Positions 63,662-64,000 of a DNA stretch of 64,000 nt are shown here, piece after piece. Source of the DNA: Lytechinus pictus. Lineage: Eukaryota. The DNA lies in the NCBI RefSeq assembly GCF_037042905.1, contig NC_087245.1, positions 25,236,001 through 25,300,000 on the forward strand, read 5' to 3'. Below the pieces are notes generated by a model, which was not told the origin of the DNA, ran no database searches, and was given only the letters and a program-made list of their open reading frames with translations. Numbering within the stretch: the stretch's first letter is position 1; each line of letters begins with the position of its first letter. The position numbers and the translations under genes were made by a program.

Positions 63662-64000
63662 AGGTCAAGTCCACCCGAGAAAATTGTTGATTTGAATCGA
63701 TATAGAAAATCAAACAAAAATAACGCTGCAAGTTTCATCGAAATCGGATGTAAAATAAGAAAGTTATGACATTTTTAAGTTTCGCTTATTTTTCACAAAA
63801 AAGTTCAATGCGCAACTCAGCGATATGCAAATGAGAGAGTCGATGATGTCCATCACTCACTATTTCTTTTGTTTTTTATTGTTTGAATAATACAATATTT
63901 CAATTTTTACAGATTTGACAATAAGGACCAACTTAACTTAACCATAAACTGTTAAAATTATGGTAATTGCACATGTTCAGGGAGTAATAAAAATTTGTTT
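63662..64000. mobile_element. Fourth copy of the Kolobok-like family, truncated by the window end
   Basis: TTAA|AGGTCAAGTCCACCC followed by sequence closely similar to 27824-28140. Confidence 0.85.

Noticed and set aside
1..64000. A novel multi-gene or prokaryotic defence-type system
   Set aside because: There is only one spliced host gene plus non-coding repeats. The remaining short ORFs look like chance frames in AT-rich introns.

Overview
This is AT-rich, intron-dominated animal genomic DNA. It is not prokaryotic: there are no operons, CRISPR arrays or rRNA/tRNA genes. The repeat landscape suggests a marine invertebrate, probably an echinoderm such as a sea urchin (inference). The window holds the 5' and middle part of one large + strand gene, a supervillin (SVIL)-like actin/myosin scaffold. 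Eight phase-compatible GT-AG coding exons (30150-63379) plus a 90-nt symmetric cassette exon (36595-36684) encode about 1,630 aa of low-complexity N-terminal region. That region contains the supervillin hallmark ESRAARIARYKEQRRRELAEKYGL, repeated LSEKMxxF / RFxTQP[VI]T motifs and an SPEKK repeat array. The gelsolin/headpiece exons must lie beyond the right edge. Candidate alternative first exons or promoters sit at about 6.1 kb, 45.0 kb and 52.2 kb (the last with a possible GC donor). The introns carry many non-autonomous DNA transposons: a TTAA-flanked Kolobok-like family (4 copies), several 3-bp-TSD PIF/Harbinger-like MITEs, a 6-bp-TSD family, nested insertions, tRNA-derived SINEs, Helentron-like fragments and microsatellites. 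I found no evidence for a novel multi-gene system. The most interesting signals are the isoform architecture of the gene and the nested MITEs with palindrome-targeted insertions.
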